From: an uncultured Pseudomonadales bacterium
GTDB lineage: Bacteria; Patescibacteriota; Microgenomatia; UBA1400; PJMF01
Reading direction: 5' to 3'
NCBI GenBank assembly: GCA_964648715.1
Contig: CAZYNM010000003.1
Span: 29,430 to 93,429, forward strand
DNA: 64,000 nucleotides
Under the pieces are notes generated by a model, which saw nothing but the letters and a program-made list of their open reading frames with translations, made no database searches and had not been told where the DNA came from. Position 1 is the stretch's first letter; every line of letters begins with the position of its first letter. Both the position numbers and the translations under genes were made by a program. Below, piece after piece: positions 20,114 through 29,323 of this stretch.

Positions 20114-21637
20114 ATGATTGGAGAAAAATTTACATCCCCACTCGATGCAGAGGCTGGTTTAGAACTGACGAAACATCATCATGAACTAGCGGCGCTGCTT
20201 ACCAAAGGTGGCGTGTACACTGTTACGGGTGATGCGCCACGGGCGGTGATATCAGCAGACAGTTCGTTCTTTCGTCAACTTTGCTTTGCAGACCTAGAAG
20301 AAGTGCGACGTACGTTTATTACCACAAAGAAAATTCCCCCTAACTCCGTGTATATTCCCAAAAACGCGCTCCTATTCTTCTCCTATACTGAAGAAACTAG
20401 CACGCTCATGTTTGCAGCAAAGCCATTCCCTCGTGAGTACGTCCATGTGTTAGCAAGTTACCTCACAAGAACGTGGGGAGTACCAGTATCCTATGACACC
20501 TGTATATCCATGATCAAGGAGGTAGCTGAGCACTACCATGCTCTACAACCACCACATATCAAGAGAAAGAGGTATGCGGGCAAGGCTGTAGAGCTTGCAG
20601 AGCGAGGTTTTGATAGACAATGGAAGAGGAATATAGACATTGTAGCCCAAGGTGGCTATACATTTTCTCGCCTACAATTTGAGGAGTACCGTGGTCTTTT
20701 CTTTGATTGTTTGTCATTATTTGCAGACAAAACAATACAGCATGCGCTTGTCTCACTGACTCCTGATACGCCTTTGGGATTATATGAAAAAAAAGGTGGA
20801 GTATTTGGACCTTCAGCGCTCAGTAAAGCAGTTGAGTATACGCCACTGATGACAGGCCCAGAATGGCAGCAACCACGTGATTTAGATGCTTTGTTTGTAT
20901 CACTTTCACAACGGTTTCAGGACACGCTTGAAAAAGCGCTGGCAGAATACACCCTTCACCTGGAAAGCACAGAAAACCAGCAGGAAGCTAGTGTGTATGA
21001 TGGCTATGCACATCTAGTCACACTAGGACAAAAAGGTGAACACGTTTCTGATCTCAGTAGAGAGACACGGACACAACTTTATTATCTTATGCGAGGTGGG
21101 TTTAATACCTGCATCGATAGCTTTATGCAGTTCTGTAGAGATTGCTTTTCTGAGATATACGCACGAGCTATGGATGCGGAAGAACAAATGCCTGGTACTT
21201 TTTTGTCTACAGTCCATGCTGAGTTACTTTCCAGCTGGCATATCCTTATGGCTGGATCCGCTTTGCATATTATGGATTTTTCCTATCTCACCGAGCGCCT
21301 CATGCCCTTCTTTGGTACACCTCGTTCAAGCTTCTATCAGGTTGATAGCACTAATGAGTACTACCTTGATCCACAATTACTACGGAATGCAAATGGCTAT
21401 CGCTTTCGTGAAGATCAGCGCAAGTACTTTCCATTTAGGACTCTTCCTAAACAAGGTTGCCCTGCTCGGCAACAGGTGAGCGGTGAGAAGTCGAGCATTG
21501 AAAAGATGATTGAGTGGATGGCTTGTGTAACTACGTATACTGTTTTTGCAGAAGTGCGCAGTAAAGCACGACAGAGTTTCGCATATCGTCGAGCGTTGGT
21601 AGCTCGCTCACTAAAAAATAAGATTACCCGTTTATAA
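20114..21637 (+). CDS. hypothetical cytoplasmic protein (507 aa), no recognisable domain
   Basis: Long uninterrupted ORF with normal composition and no TM segments or known motifs. It is the only plus-strand gene between proS and prs. Confidence 0.5.
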   Translation: MIGEKFTSPLDAEAGLELTKHHHELAALLTKGGVYTVTGDAPRAVISADSSFFRQLCFADLEEVRRTFITTKKIPPNSVYIPKNALLFFSYTEETSTLMFAAKPFPREYVHVLASYLTRTWGVPVSYDTCISMIKEVAEHYHALQPPHIKRKRYAGKAVELAERGFDRQWKRNIDIVAQGGYTFSRLQFEEYRGLFFDCLSLFADKTIQHALVSLTPDTPLGLYEKKGGVFGPSALSKAVEYTPLMTGPEWQQPRDLDALFVSLSQRFQDTLEKALAEYTLHLESTENQQEASVYDGYAHLVTLGQKGEHVSDLSRETRTQLYYLMRGGFNTCIDSFMQFCRDCFSEIYARAMDAEEQMPGTFLSTVHAELLSSWHILMAGSALHIMDFSYLTERLMPFFGTPRSSFYQVDSTNEYYLDPQLLRNANGYRFREDQRKYFPFRTLPKQGCPARQQVSGEKSSIEKMIEWMACVTTYTVFAEVRSKARQSFAYRRALVARSLKNKITRL

Positions 21638-22528
21638 CCATTCTTCAAGTTGGGTGGCAAATGCTGGACTTATATCCAGTGTTTCTAGTTTGGGCGGTAA
21701 GGTGCTGTGCGCAATTGAGTTCGTAATCTTGACCGAGTCAATACTGCACTCTTGAAGCAATGCTGGCGCGTGTGCAGTAAGCATACCGTGGGTAGCGTAA
21801 AAATGTGTCTCTGCTGCCCCATTTTGTTTGAGCAGGTCTGATGTTTCCTTGACTGTTCCTCCAGACATAATGACATCGTCAAAAAGCACTACAATTTTTC
21901 CTGTTACATCGCCATGGACTCCAACCGCAGTGACTTCACCTGTTGTGAGGTCACGGTGTTTGTCGATATTGACTAAGGGTACCTGTAACAGTTCAGCAAA
22001 CTGACGAGCTCGCTTGAGGCCACCAAAGTCGGGACTGGCTATCACACAGCGTGAGACATCAAAGTGTGCTTGGACGTGTTTGGCAAACAAGTGTACCGCA
22101 GACACATGTGCCGTTGGTGTCGAAAAGAATCCCGGGATGCTGTTACTATGCAGATCAAGAAGATAGACACGCCGCACAAAGCTGGTGGAGACCAAATTAG
22201 CAACAACCTTTGCTGCGATAGGTTCACCCGGAAGGAACACCTTATCTTGGAGTGAGTATCCCATCCACGGAATAATGACATGAATATCACGTGCTCCAAG
22301 ACGTTCGGCAGCATCTACCAGAAGCAAAAACTCCATAATGTGAGAATCAACAGGAGTGGTAAATGACTGCACCACCACCACATCTTCTCCAGCTAGCTGC
22401 TCTGTGATGCGGACACGTTTCTCACCATTCGCAAAACTACCCAACTGTGCTTCCACCAGCGGAACACGTAATCTCTCTCCCAACGCTTGAGCAAAAGCTC
22501 TGTTTGATGAACCAGCAAGTAATTTCAT
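21632..22528 (-). CDS. prs: ribose-phosphate pyrophosphokinase (PRPP synthetase)
   Basis: N-terminus MKLLAGSSNRAFAQALGERL...GEKRVRI..GEDVVVVQS, a DLHS motif, and the PRPP-binding loop DDVIMSGGT. Confidence 0.9.
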   Translation of the reverse strand: MKLLAGSSNRAFAQALGERLRVPLVEAQLGSFANGEKRVRITEQLAGEDVVVVQSFTTPVDSHIMEFLLLVDAAERLGARDIHVIIPWMGYSLQDKVFLPGEPIAAKVVANLVSTSFVRRVYLLDLHSNSIPGFFSTPTAHVSAVHLFAKHVQAHFDVSRCVIASPDFGGLKRARQFAELLQVPLVNIDKHRDLTTGEVTAVGVHGDVTGKIVVLFDDVIMSGGTVKETSDLLKQNGAAETHFYATHGMLTAHAPALLQECSIDSVKITNSIAHSTLPPKLETLDISPAFATQLEEWL

Positions 22529-22563
22529 GTCCCTATTGTAGCACGCAATTACAAAAGTCTGTG

Positions 22564-25500
22564 CTAGCTACGATGTTCAGGAGCGTTGATAAGCCCACAC
22601 TTCTTATATTTAAGGCCACTGCCACAAGGACAGGGATCGTTACGGCCAATCTTTATTTTTTCAACGCCGGGGTTTGGTTTTTTCTGCACTTGTGCGCCTT
22701 TGAGTGCTTGTGCCAGATTGCCCACGCTCCCTTTTGTGTGTGTCCCTGTGGCAGCAGCCGGCACAGAGGCATCTTGAACTTCTTTTTCTAATGATTCATT
22801 GACATCATCCTTGTGGGCAATCATCTGGATGGGTTGACGTTGCTCAAATTCTTCTTCGGCATGAATATGTGCACGGTACACACGTTTGGCTATGGTAGAT
22901 TCAATGCGGCCAATGAGCTGCTCAAACAAAGTAAAGGCTTCTTTCTTGTATTCTGACAACACAGTGCGTTTATCTCCACGAAGCCAAATACCATCTTTTA
23001 AGCTCTCCATCTCGTCCAAGTGTTCCATCCACTGTTCATCGAGAGTAGACAGTGAGACTAATCGCTCCAACAGTTGCATGGTTTGGGTGCCAAGATGCAA
23101 TGTTTTATCGGCATAGGCTTGCTCAGCAACCTCAAGAAGTTTCTCTTCTATGGCATCAGTACTTGGAAGGTCAATGATGGTTTTAACCAATGCACGTTGT
23201 GATTGTTGGTCAAATGGAATGAGGCCACACACTTCTTTTACTAACAATGTAGCCGCTTCCTGATTGCCATGCTCAGGTGCACTAAAAGCAACAATGCTTC
23301 TGATTTCATCGGCTACATAGCCTTTTATTTGTTCGCGAAGCTCAGTAGTATTGCTGGCATCGGTACTTGTACCTTGCTCAAGCAGACGACGACGACGCTT
23401 GTAAATAATTTCTCTTTGCTTATTCATGACATCGTCAAACTCCACCAGTCGCTTACGTTGATCAAAGAAAAAACCTTCTACTTTGACTTGCGCAGATTCA
23501 ATTGCTTTGCTGATCATGCCGTGCTCAATAGGCTGGTTTTCTTCTAGTTGTAAGAAATCCATCACCTTAGAAATTTGTTCTCCGCCAAAAATGCGCATGA
23601 TATCGTCATCCAGTGCGATAAAGAATTGGGATACGCCTGGATCACCTTGACGACCAGAGCGACCTCTCAACTGATTATCAATACGGCGAGACTCGTGACG
23701 TTCAGTTCCAATAATATAGAGACCACCAAGACTCACTACTTCATCATGGTTATCACGCCACTCAGCCAGTGCTTTCTTGTATTTCGCAAGTTCATAATGA
23801 GCTGGATTGATAGATGGTGGTAGCTGAAGTTCAGCTGCCAGCTTTTCTTGTGTAGCAGTGGGCTTTTTATCTTTGGCTGCAGCAGTGATGCGGAACTCTT
23901 TGAGCTCTGGCTTTGCTCCTCCCAACACGATGTCAACACCGCGACCAGCAATGTTGGTGGCAACAGTGATGGCACTTTTGCGACCAGCATCAGCAATAAT
24001 AAACGCTTCTCGTTCATGATTCTTCGCATTGAGGACTTGATGAGGAATGTGCTTACGTTTCAAAAACTCAGAAATAATTTCATTGTGTTCTATAGAACGC
24101 GTTCCAATCAGAATTGGCTGTCCAGTCGAGTGAATCTCCTCTGCCATTGCAGCAATCGCGGAGTATTTAGCAGCCGTTGTTTTATAGATCACGTCTGCTC
24201 TGTCCGCACGTTGGGTGGGAACATGGGTGGGCACCACCAGCACCTCGGTAGAATAAATGGTGTTAAACTCTTCTCGCTCGGTTGAAGCCGTACCAGTCAT
24301 ACCAGATAGCTTGAGATACAAACGGAAGTAATTCTGGATAGAGATGGTAGCAAGAGTACGTGATTCCTGTTGAATAGGTACTTGTTCTTTGGCTTCAATG
24401 GCCTGGTGGAGACCATCGGAATAACGTCGTCCAAACATGAGACGTCCGGTGTGCTCGTCCACAATGATTACCTGATTATCACGAACAATGTAATCTTTGT
24501 CACGCATGAAAATAGTCTTGGCTTTGAGTGCCGACTCAACATGATGGATAACGTCAAAGCTTTCTTCGTACAAATTACCTACCCCCAGTTTTTGCTCAAT
24601 GCGTTTCACGCCAAGATCGGTGAGTGTGACGGAGCGAGCTTTCTCGTCTACCACAAAGTCAGTACCCCTCTCCAGGGTAGTAACCATGCGAGCGTAGTCA
24701 TAGTATTTTTTGGTAGGTTCAGTGTCGGGGGCGGAAATAATGAGTGGGGTTCTGGCTTCATCAATCAAAATAGAGTCTGCTTCGTCCACAATAGCAAAAT
24801 GATGGGTGTCATGTGGTCGCTGCACCATCATGGGGAGTGCCTGCACCATGTTGTCTCTAAGGTAATCAAAGCCAAATTCATTGTTGGTGCCGTAGGTAAT
24901 ATCCGCTGCGTATGCCTCACGGCGAGTAATGGGTTCAAAGTGTTCGAGGCGTTCGTCTCCGCGCTCTTCACTATCGTGTTCAGGATTGTACTTACTTGAT
25001 TTTTCGTGAGAAATAACTGCTGTAGTGAGGCCTAAGAAGGTATAGATCTGACCCATCCAGCCAGCACCCAGTTCAGCTAAGTAGTCATTGACTGTAACCA
25101 AGTGGGCACCTTTGCCTAACAGCGCATTAAGATACAACGGTGCAGTCACCGTGAGTGTTTTACCCTCACCCGTTTTCTGCTCAGTGACAGTGCCTTTGTG
25201 CAGAGCAATGCCAGCAAGGAGCTGAACGTCAAAATGGCGCATGCCCAAAACGCGTCGAGAGACTTCACGGACAGTGGCGAAGGCTTCTGGTAACAGCTGG
25301 TCAAGGATAGCCTCCTCCGCTGTGCCTTGAGACTGGAGCTCAGCAATTATTTTTTTAAATTTTTTGGTTTGAAGGGCAAGCTTAGCATCACTAAGTTTTT
25401 TAAGTGATGGCTCAAGTGCATTTATTTCCTCAACAATTTTGCCATACTTATCAAGTGTTTTTTGATTTTCGTCAAATAACTTTGTTAGAAATTGAAACAT
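22564..25500 (-). CDS. secA: preprotein translocase ATPase SecA
   Basis: 978 aa with DEAD-like motor motifs (MRHFDVQLLAG, TGEGKT, VTVNDYLA, IVDEADSILIDEARTPLIIS) and a C-terminal zinc finger (CPCGSGLKYKKCG). Confidence 0.95.
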   Translation of the reverse strand: MFQFLTKLFDENQKTLDKYGKIVEEINALEPSLKKLSDAKLALQTKKFKKIIAELQSQGTAEEAILDQLLPEAFATVREVSRRVLGMRHFDVQLLAGIALHKGTVTEQKTGEGKTLTVTAPLYLNALLGKGAHLVTVNDYLAELGAGWMGQIYTFLGLTTAVISHEKSSKYNPEHDSEERGDERLEHFEPITRREAYAADITYGTNNEFGFDYLRDNMVQALPMMVQRPHDTHHFAIVDEADSILIDEARTPLIISAPDTEPTKKYYDYARMVTTLERGTDFVVDEKARSVTLTDLGVKRIEQKLGVGNLYEESFDVIHHVESALKAKTIFMRDKDYIVRDNQVIIVDEHTGRLMFGRRYSDGLHQAIEAKEQVPIQQESRTLATISIQNYFRLYLKLSGMTGTASTEREEFNTIYSTEVLVVPTHVPTQRADRADVIYKTTAAKYSAIAAMAEEIHSTGQPILIGTRSIEHNEIISEFLKRKHIPHQVLNAKNHEREAFIIADAGRKSAITVATNIAGRGVDIVLGGAKPELKEFRITAAAKDKKPTATQEKLAAELQLPPSINPAHYELAKYKKALAEWRDNHDEVVSLGGLYIIGTERHESRRIDNQLRGRSGRQGDPGVSQFFIALDDDIMRIFGGEQISKVMDFLQLEENQPIEHGMISKAIESAQVKVEGFFFDQRKRLVEFDDVMNKQREIIYKRRRRLLEQGTSTDASNTTELREQIKGYVADEIRSIVAFSAPEHGNQEAATLLVKEVCGLIPFDQQSQRALVKTIIDLPSTDAIEEKLLEVAEQAYADKTLHLGTQTMQLLERLVSLSTLDEQWMEHLDEMESLKDGIWLRGDKRTVLSEYKKEAFTLFEQLIGRIESTIAKRVYRAHIHAEEEFEQRQPIQMIAHKDDVNESLEKEVQDASVPAAATGTHTKGSVGNLAQALKGAQVQKKPNPGVEKIKIGRNDPCPCGSGLKYKKCGLINAPEHRS

Positions 25501-25631
25501 ACAACCTCTCCACGCCGGTTAGTTATAGCAGAACAAGGATATATTTGCCAGTACTGGGCTGAGGTGTGTAAAAAAGATTGTGATAGGTGATAAGTAAGTT
25601 GATGTGTGCTGAATGTCCGCATCGTATAACA

Positions 25632-25686
25632 AAAAATCCCAGGGGATGATAGGAATAGTACGGATACTGTTCCTCCTGGGATTTTT
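25632..25686 (-). terminator. rho-independent terminator downstream of the 25703-26893 gene
   Basis: 12-bp stem AAAAATCCCAGG/CCTGGGATTTTT with a nested inner stem AGGAA/TTCCT, and a T-run on the minus strand. Confidence 0.6.
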
Positions 25687-25702
25687 CACTTAACTTCTGA
25701 AA

Positions 25703-26893
25703 CTACAATGGATTTCCGTGATTTTGAATCAAAATATCTGATTCATCATCAGGAGCATCTGGCTCTGGAGACGCAGTGCTTGGTCCCACGGCTGTGCTGA
25801 GGGTATAGCCCACCAACATCCAGCCAGAGGCGTATGCTGACAATGCAACTAGCTCTGGGGCAGCCACCAAAATGATAATGGACACCCCAATAACGATTGC
25901 AACGAAGGTGATGATAGTCATGACTTCTTCACCCGTTGGCATCCGCACACGTGCGTGAAATGAACGGCCAGCAGGGCTTGGGGCCAGGCTATTTAGTTCA
26001 TTCTCGGTTGCGATATTCTTCGCAATTGCGAGTGGCCAAATAGAGCCAATTGGTACCCACTTGCCATTTGCCCCTGGACATTCAGCGAATGCCAGCTGCA
26101 CGTACACCGTCGCTGTTGTGTCTGTCCCCCAATTTGTGATGGTTCCCAGTGCAATCTCCCCATACGGGGTGAACCTGTCCTTCATCTGGCGGCAGTGCTC
26201 CCACAAGAAGATGGGATCTCCAGGGATTCCTGGCGAACTGTACATGACCTGACTTTGATGCACGGGCCAGCCAAAGTTTGGCCCCTTTTTTTTCATCAAC
26301 GCAGAGATCCGCATGTTACGCAGGATCTCTTCTAAACTTTGCCCCGGCGGAATGGCCATTTGGTGCGTGATGTTGGCTTTGCCAGAGTCAGTTTCATCTT
26401 GATAGGAACCAAAGGTCAATGAGCTTTTAAATGGTACGTCCACTGTCCTTGTGTAGATGTTTGATTCGTATGCCTTATACGAATCATCAGATCCATTGGT
26501 GACGAGTGAGACTGCGCCTGGCTCACTTTGGAACGTTACAATCCCACTAATGTAATTAACAGGGATTGCAATGCACTCCTGTGTGGGTGCGGCTGGCACT
26601 GTCATGGCTGCTGAACTGAGGTCGTCCGTTGGGACTTCCCAGATGCAATAGTTGCCGCCATTATTCATTGTGTACACAAAATCAAGTTTGGGAGGCTCTG
26701 TTCTCCATTCGTTCCCTACGATTGGCAGGTACAGCTGGTTGCTTGCTGAGATATTTTTCGGTTCTTCTGCTGGCGGTTCACCGGCTGCTGCAGATATGCC
26801 CACTATTGTGGGCGGTGATCTTGCCGCTGAAGGTGATTGGCCGTGGCAGGCACATTTGTCTACAAACATTGGCAACTGTGGTGGAGTTCTCAT
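25703..26893 (-). CDS. hypothetical C-terminally membrane-anchored protein (G+C-rich locus)
   Basis: 396-aa ORF with no competing ORF over most of its length, a single C-terminal TM (IITFVAIVIGVSIIILVAAP) and an acidic tail. The N-terminal region (with LYLPIVGNEW) overlaps the divergent protease ORF, so the start is uncertain (internal Mets at ~26668 and ~26605). Confidence 0.4.
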   Translation of the reverse strand: MRTPPQLPMFVDKCACHGQSPSAARSPPTIVGISAAAGEPPAEEPKNISASNQLYLPIVGNEWRTEPPKLDFVYTMNNGGNYCIWEVPTDDLSSAAMTVPAAPTQECIAIPVNYISGIVTFQSEPGAVSLVTNGSDDSYKAYESNIYTRTVDVPFKSSLTFGSYQDETDSGKANITHQMAIPPGQSLEEILRNMRISALMKKKGPNFGWPVHQSQVMYSSPGIPGDPIFLWEHCRQMKDRFTPYGEIALGTITNWGTDTTATVYVQLAFAECPGANGKWVPIGSIWPLAIAKNIATENELNSLAPSPAGRSFHARVRMPTGEEVMTIITFVAIVIGVSIIILVAAPELVALSAYASGWMLVGYTLSTAVGPSTASPEPDAPDDESDILIQNHGNPL

Positions 26894-27872
26894 CCACCGT
26901 CAATGGGTGGTCACGGCAGCACATTGCTTAGACCAAGGAGTAAGCACGGTACATGTCACGTTGGGTGAACTTGATCGTTCCACAGTCAGTGGACATGAGC
27001 AGGTATTCACCAGTACCGTGTTTAAGTACCACACCTTGTTCACCACAAGTACATATGACTACGACATTGGTCTAGTTTTTCTGTCAGAGCCAGCAACACT
27101 CAACGAATGGGTGCAAACAATTCCACTCGTTGCTGAGGATGAAGCTCACCTGGAGGATGAAGGCACCATAGCCTGGACAACAGGCTGGGGTGCTACACAA
27201 GAAGGTGGTTGGCTCGTCAACGAACTAAGAGAAGTAGACGTTCCTGTCTACAACCACGCAGATTGTCAGAACTCTTATCACGATGTGACAGAGCGGCAAA
27301 TCTGCGCAGGTTACGCTCAAGGTCTTAAAGACAGTTGTGGTGGTGACAGCGGCGGACCACTCGTGGGTCAAAATGATTCTGGAGCTTGGAAGCTCCTGGG
27401 TTTAACGAGCTACGGACGTGGCTGCGCTAGACCCAATCTGCCAGGAGTCTATACCCGCGTTTCCCAGTTTAGAGACTGGATAGGTGTCAATACCAGTGTT
27501 GTTCCTCGATTGATATCACCAATGTGGCAAGATGTGAGTATCCCTCAAAAGGTGCCGTCTCCGGTTATGTTTGAGATCACTAATACAAGCGGGTTGACTG
27601 CAAGTGTCAGTATCACCCTTGAGTTAACAAACCTGGACTTAGTAACTGGCACAACAGAACTGCAATTTTTACCTATCACTACAATGACAGAGTTCACTAC
27701 AACATATGTCTGGACTGGAGAAATCTTTGAAAGCCTGGTAACAACCCAGAAATTCTACTTGATTGATGAAAAAAATGAAGGGACTGGCAGGGTCTGTGTG
27801 TTGGAGTACTGCCTTAAGTTTACAATCGCACCTCGCTACGAAACCTATCTCCCATTAATTTCCTCGCAATAA
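26652..27872 (+). CDS. trypsin-like serine peptidase (S1 family) with ~130-aa C-terminal extension
   Basis: IVGG start of the mature domain, catalytic triad contexts WVVTAAHC (His), DIGLVFL (Asp) and GDSGGPLV (Ser), and disulfide Cys pairs. The start codon is uncertain (Met directly before PTIVGG at ~26796 is an alternative). The C-terminus ends ...TYLPLISSQ. Confidence 0.8.
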   Translation: MPPLFIVYTKSSLGGSVLHSFPTIGRYSWLLAEIFFGSSAGGSPAAADMPTIVGGDLAAEGDWPWQAHLSTNIGNCGGVLIHRQWVVTAAHCLDQGVSTVHVTLGELDRSTVSGHEQVFTSTVFKYHTLFTTSTYDYDIGLVFLSEPATLNEWVQTIPLVAEDEAHLEDEGTIAWTTGWGATQEGGWLVNELREVDVPVYNHADCQNSYHDVTERQICAGYAQGLKDSCGGDSGGPLVGQNDSGAWKLLGLTSYGRGCARPNLPGVYTRVSQFRDWIGVNTSVVPRLISPMWQDVSIPQKVPSPVMFEITNTSGLTASVSITLELTNLDLVTGTTELQFLPITTMTEFTTTYVWTGEIFESLVTTQKFYLIDEKNEGTGRVCVLEYCLKFTIAPRYETYLPLISSQ

Positions 27873-27886
27873 CTTCCCTCTGATTG

Positions 27887-27913
27887 GCTGCACCGCGCTC
27901 TGCGCGGTGCAGC
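27887..27913 (+). terminator. strong GC hairpin immediately after the protease stop (putative terminator)
   Basis: Perfect 12-bp stem GCTGCACCGCGC-tct-GCGCGGTGCAGC. The downstream tract is not T-rich, so it may be rho-dependent or structural. Confidence 0.45.
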
Positions 27914-27923
27914 TACCCTTCTC

Positions 27924-27951
27924 TTGACACGGCAAGTACCATCTTTATAAT
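27924..27951 (+). promoter_or_regulatory. consensus sigma70-type promoter for the 28020 gene
   Basis: TTGACA (27924-27929), a 16-nt spacer, then TATAAT (27946-27951). Confidence 0.55.
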
Positions 27952-28019
27952 GCACATCTCTTGCGCAGCACACTCAAATATCTTGAGTAGGTGCGCGCAA
28001 GAAAACAAAGATCGTTCAC

Positions 28020-29246
28020 ATGTTGTTTGTCTGGAAACTAAAAATGTTTCGCTTGTTTAAATCCATTAAACCCATCATGTTCACTGTCGTGTTACTGATT
28101 TTTGGCGTCTTTGCGCATGCATTCGCGCAAACTGGCCCAAACGCAAGTAATACGACCTACCTGCCGCTCGTTAGCGCGCAGGTAGAGCCCACCCCTTTAC
28201 CTTCACCAACACCAGATGGCATCAGCTTTCGACCTGCCTGGCAAGATGTTTCATCAACGGATCGTGCTGCTCCTCAAGCAGCGAATGGTCCCTGTGGAAG
28301 CGATCTCCCACAAGAAACAGAGGCAGCGGGCACAAACGGTGGTTGTCTTCTTCCCGGCAACTACCCTATCTTGAACATGGTAAAAAACAACCAGGTAACT
28401 GGTAATTTCTTGTCTGTTCAAAATGGTAGTGGAAGTGATAATCAGCAGGTCTGGAATATGGAAAACTGGTGGCAAGGTGCCCAAACTTGGGATCACCCTG
28501 ACTTTCTGCAAATCGAGAGCTGGAAATATTTGGAGAGTGGTGCCCCAAATATGGCACAAGGTACTGTCCATGTCCATGAACATGACTACCTGCCAACAGT
28601 TGCTGCAGCTGGTGTACTAGAGCTTCCTGTCGTTCCAGCGGCTCAGCAGCGTTTTGTCACAGACATGGTGGACTACCTTTCCAAGTATGTCGTGACAACA
28701 CAGTTGGAGGCCTCAGCACTGCAACCATTCTATGCGCCGGTTGTTCCATTGCTCTACAAAACCTTCAGTTTTAACTGTGGTTTAGATGCAATTGATACAT
28801 CACCAATCAGAGTAATTGGACCGACACTGCTCCCAACAGTAGCTGGAGCAAGCTTTATGGTGAAGGTCCAATTTCTAGGATACACTGATGATTTTCATTC
28901 AATGTCGTCTTGCATGGGAGAGTATCAGTATCTAAAAGTAGCAGATCTCATGTTTCGGCAAGAATTTGAGCCATTCAGGGTAGCAATGAGAGCCCAGGGA
29001 TACACAGCCTGGGAAGATGTACCCAAATGGAAGCTCCCCCAGCCCGTCCCTATCCCGCCTAACGTGGTGTATTATGCCAGTTGGGTGGCAGAAAAAGGCG
29101 GATCAACAATCTGGACAGTAGAGAAGTTTGTGGACGGCGTACTATCAACCGCCTCCACGTTCTTTATCGTGCCGGATGAAGCCTGGGAATGTTTTGTTCA
29201 AGCAACTTATAAGACCTGTAAGTTGCACAACGTTCCTAATCGATGA
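28020..29246 (+). CDS. secreted hypothetical protein (G+C-rich locus)
   Basis: Signal peptide ...VVLLIFGVFAHAFAQT, then NASNTTYLPLVSAQ and a Pro/Thr-rich linker. 408 aa. The start may be the internal Met at 28044. Confidence 0.55.
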   Translation: MLFVWKLKMFRLFKSIKPIMFTVVLLIFGVFAHAFAQTGPNASNTTYLPLVSAQVEPTPLPSPTPDGISFRPAWQDVSSTDRAAPQAANGPCGSDLPQETEAAGTNGGCLLPGNYPILNMVKNNQVTGNFLSVQNGSGSDNQQVWNMENWWQGAQTWDHPDFLQIESWKYLESGAPNMAQGTVHVHEHDYLPTVAAAGVLELPVVPAAQQRFVTDMVDYLSKYVVTTQLEASALQPFYAPVVPLLYKTFSFNCGLDAIDTSPIRVIGPTLLPTVAGASFMVKVQFLGYTDDFHSMSSCMGEYQYLKVADLMFRQEFEPFRVAMRAQGYTAWEDVPKWKLPQPVPIPPNVVYYASWVAEKGGSTIWTVEKFVDGVLSTASTFFIVPDEAWECFVQATYKTCKLHNVPNR

Positions 29247-29281
29247 CTAATCTAACTATAAACAACATGTGAGCACAAAAG

Positions 29282-29312
29282 ACCCGTCAGTTTGTATAAA
29301 ACTGACGGGTCG
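29282..29312. terminator. bidirectional terminator between convergent 28020 gene and serS
   Basis: 13-bp stem GACCCGTCAGTTT / AAACTGACGGGTC with a 5-nt loop, an A-run upstream and a T-rich tract downstream. Confidence 0.7.
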
Positions 29313-29323
29313 TACTCGTTTTA

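Noticed and set aside
23269-24999. Plus-strand ORFs (23269-23547, 23575-23823, 23848-24285, 24370-24999) lie inside secA.
   Set aside because: They are antisense to a highly conserved, clearly coding secA, have odd composition and carry no motifs.
26795-26815. A near-palindrome CCCACTATTGTGGGC makes both strands encode PTIVG.
   Set aside because: It is a sequence coincidence within the protease IVGG codons. There is no flanking repeat structure suggesting a mobile element or operator.
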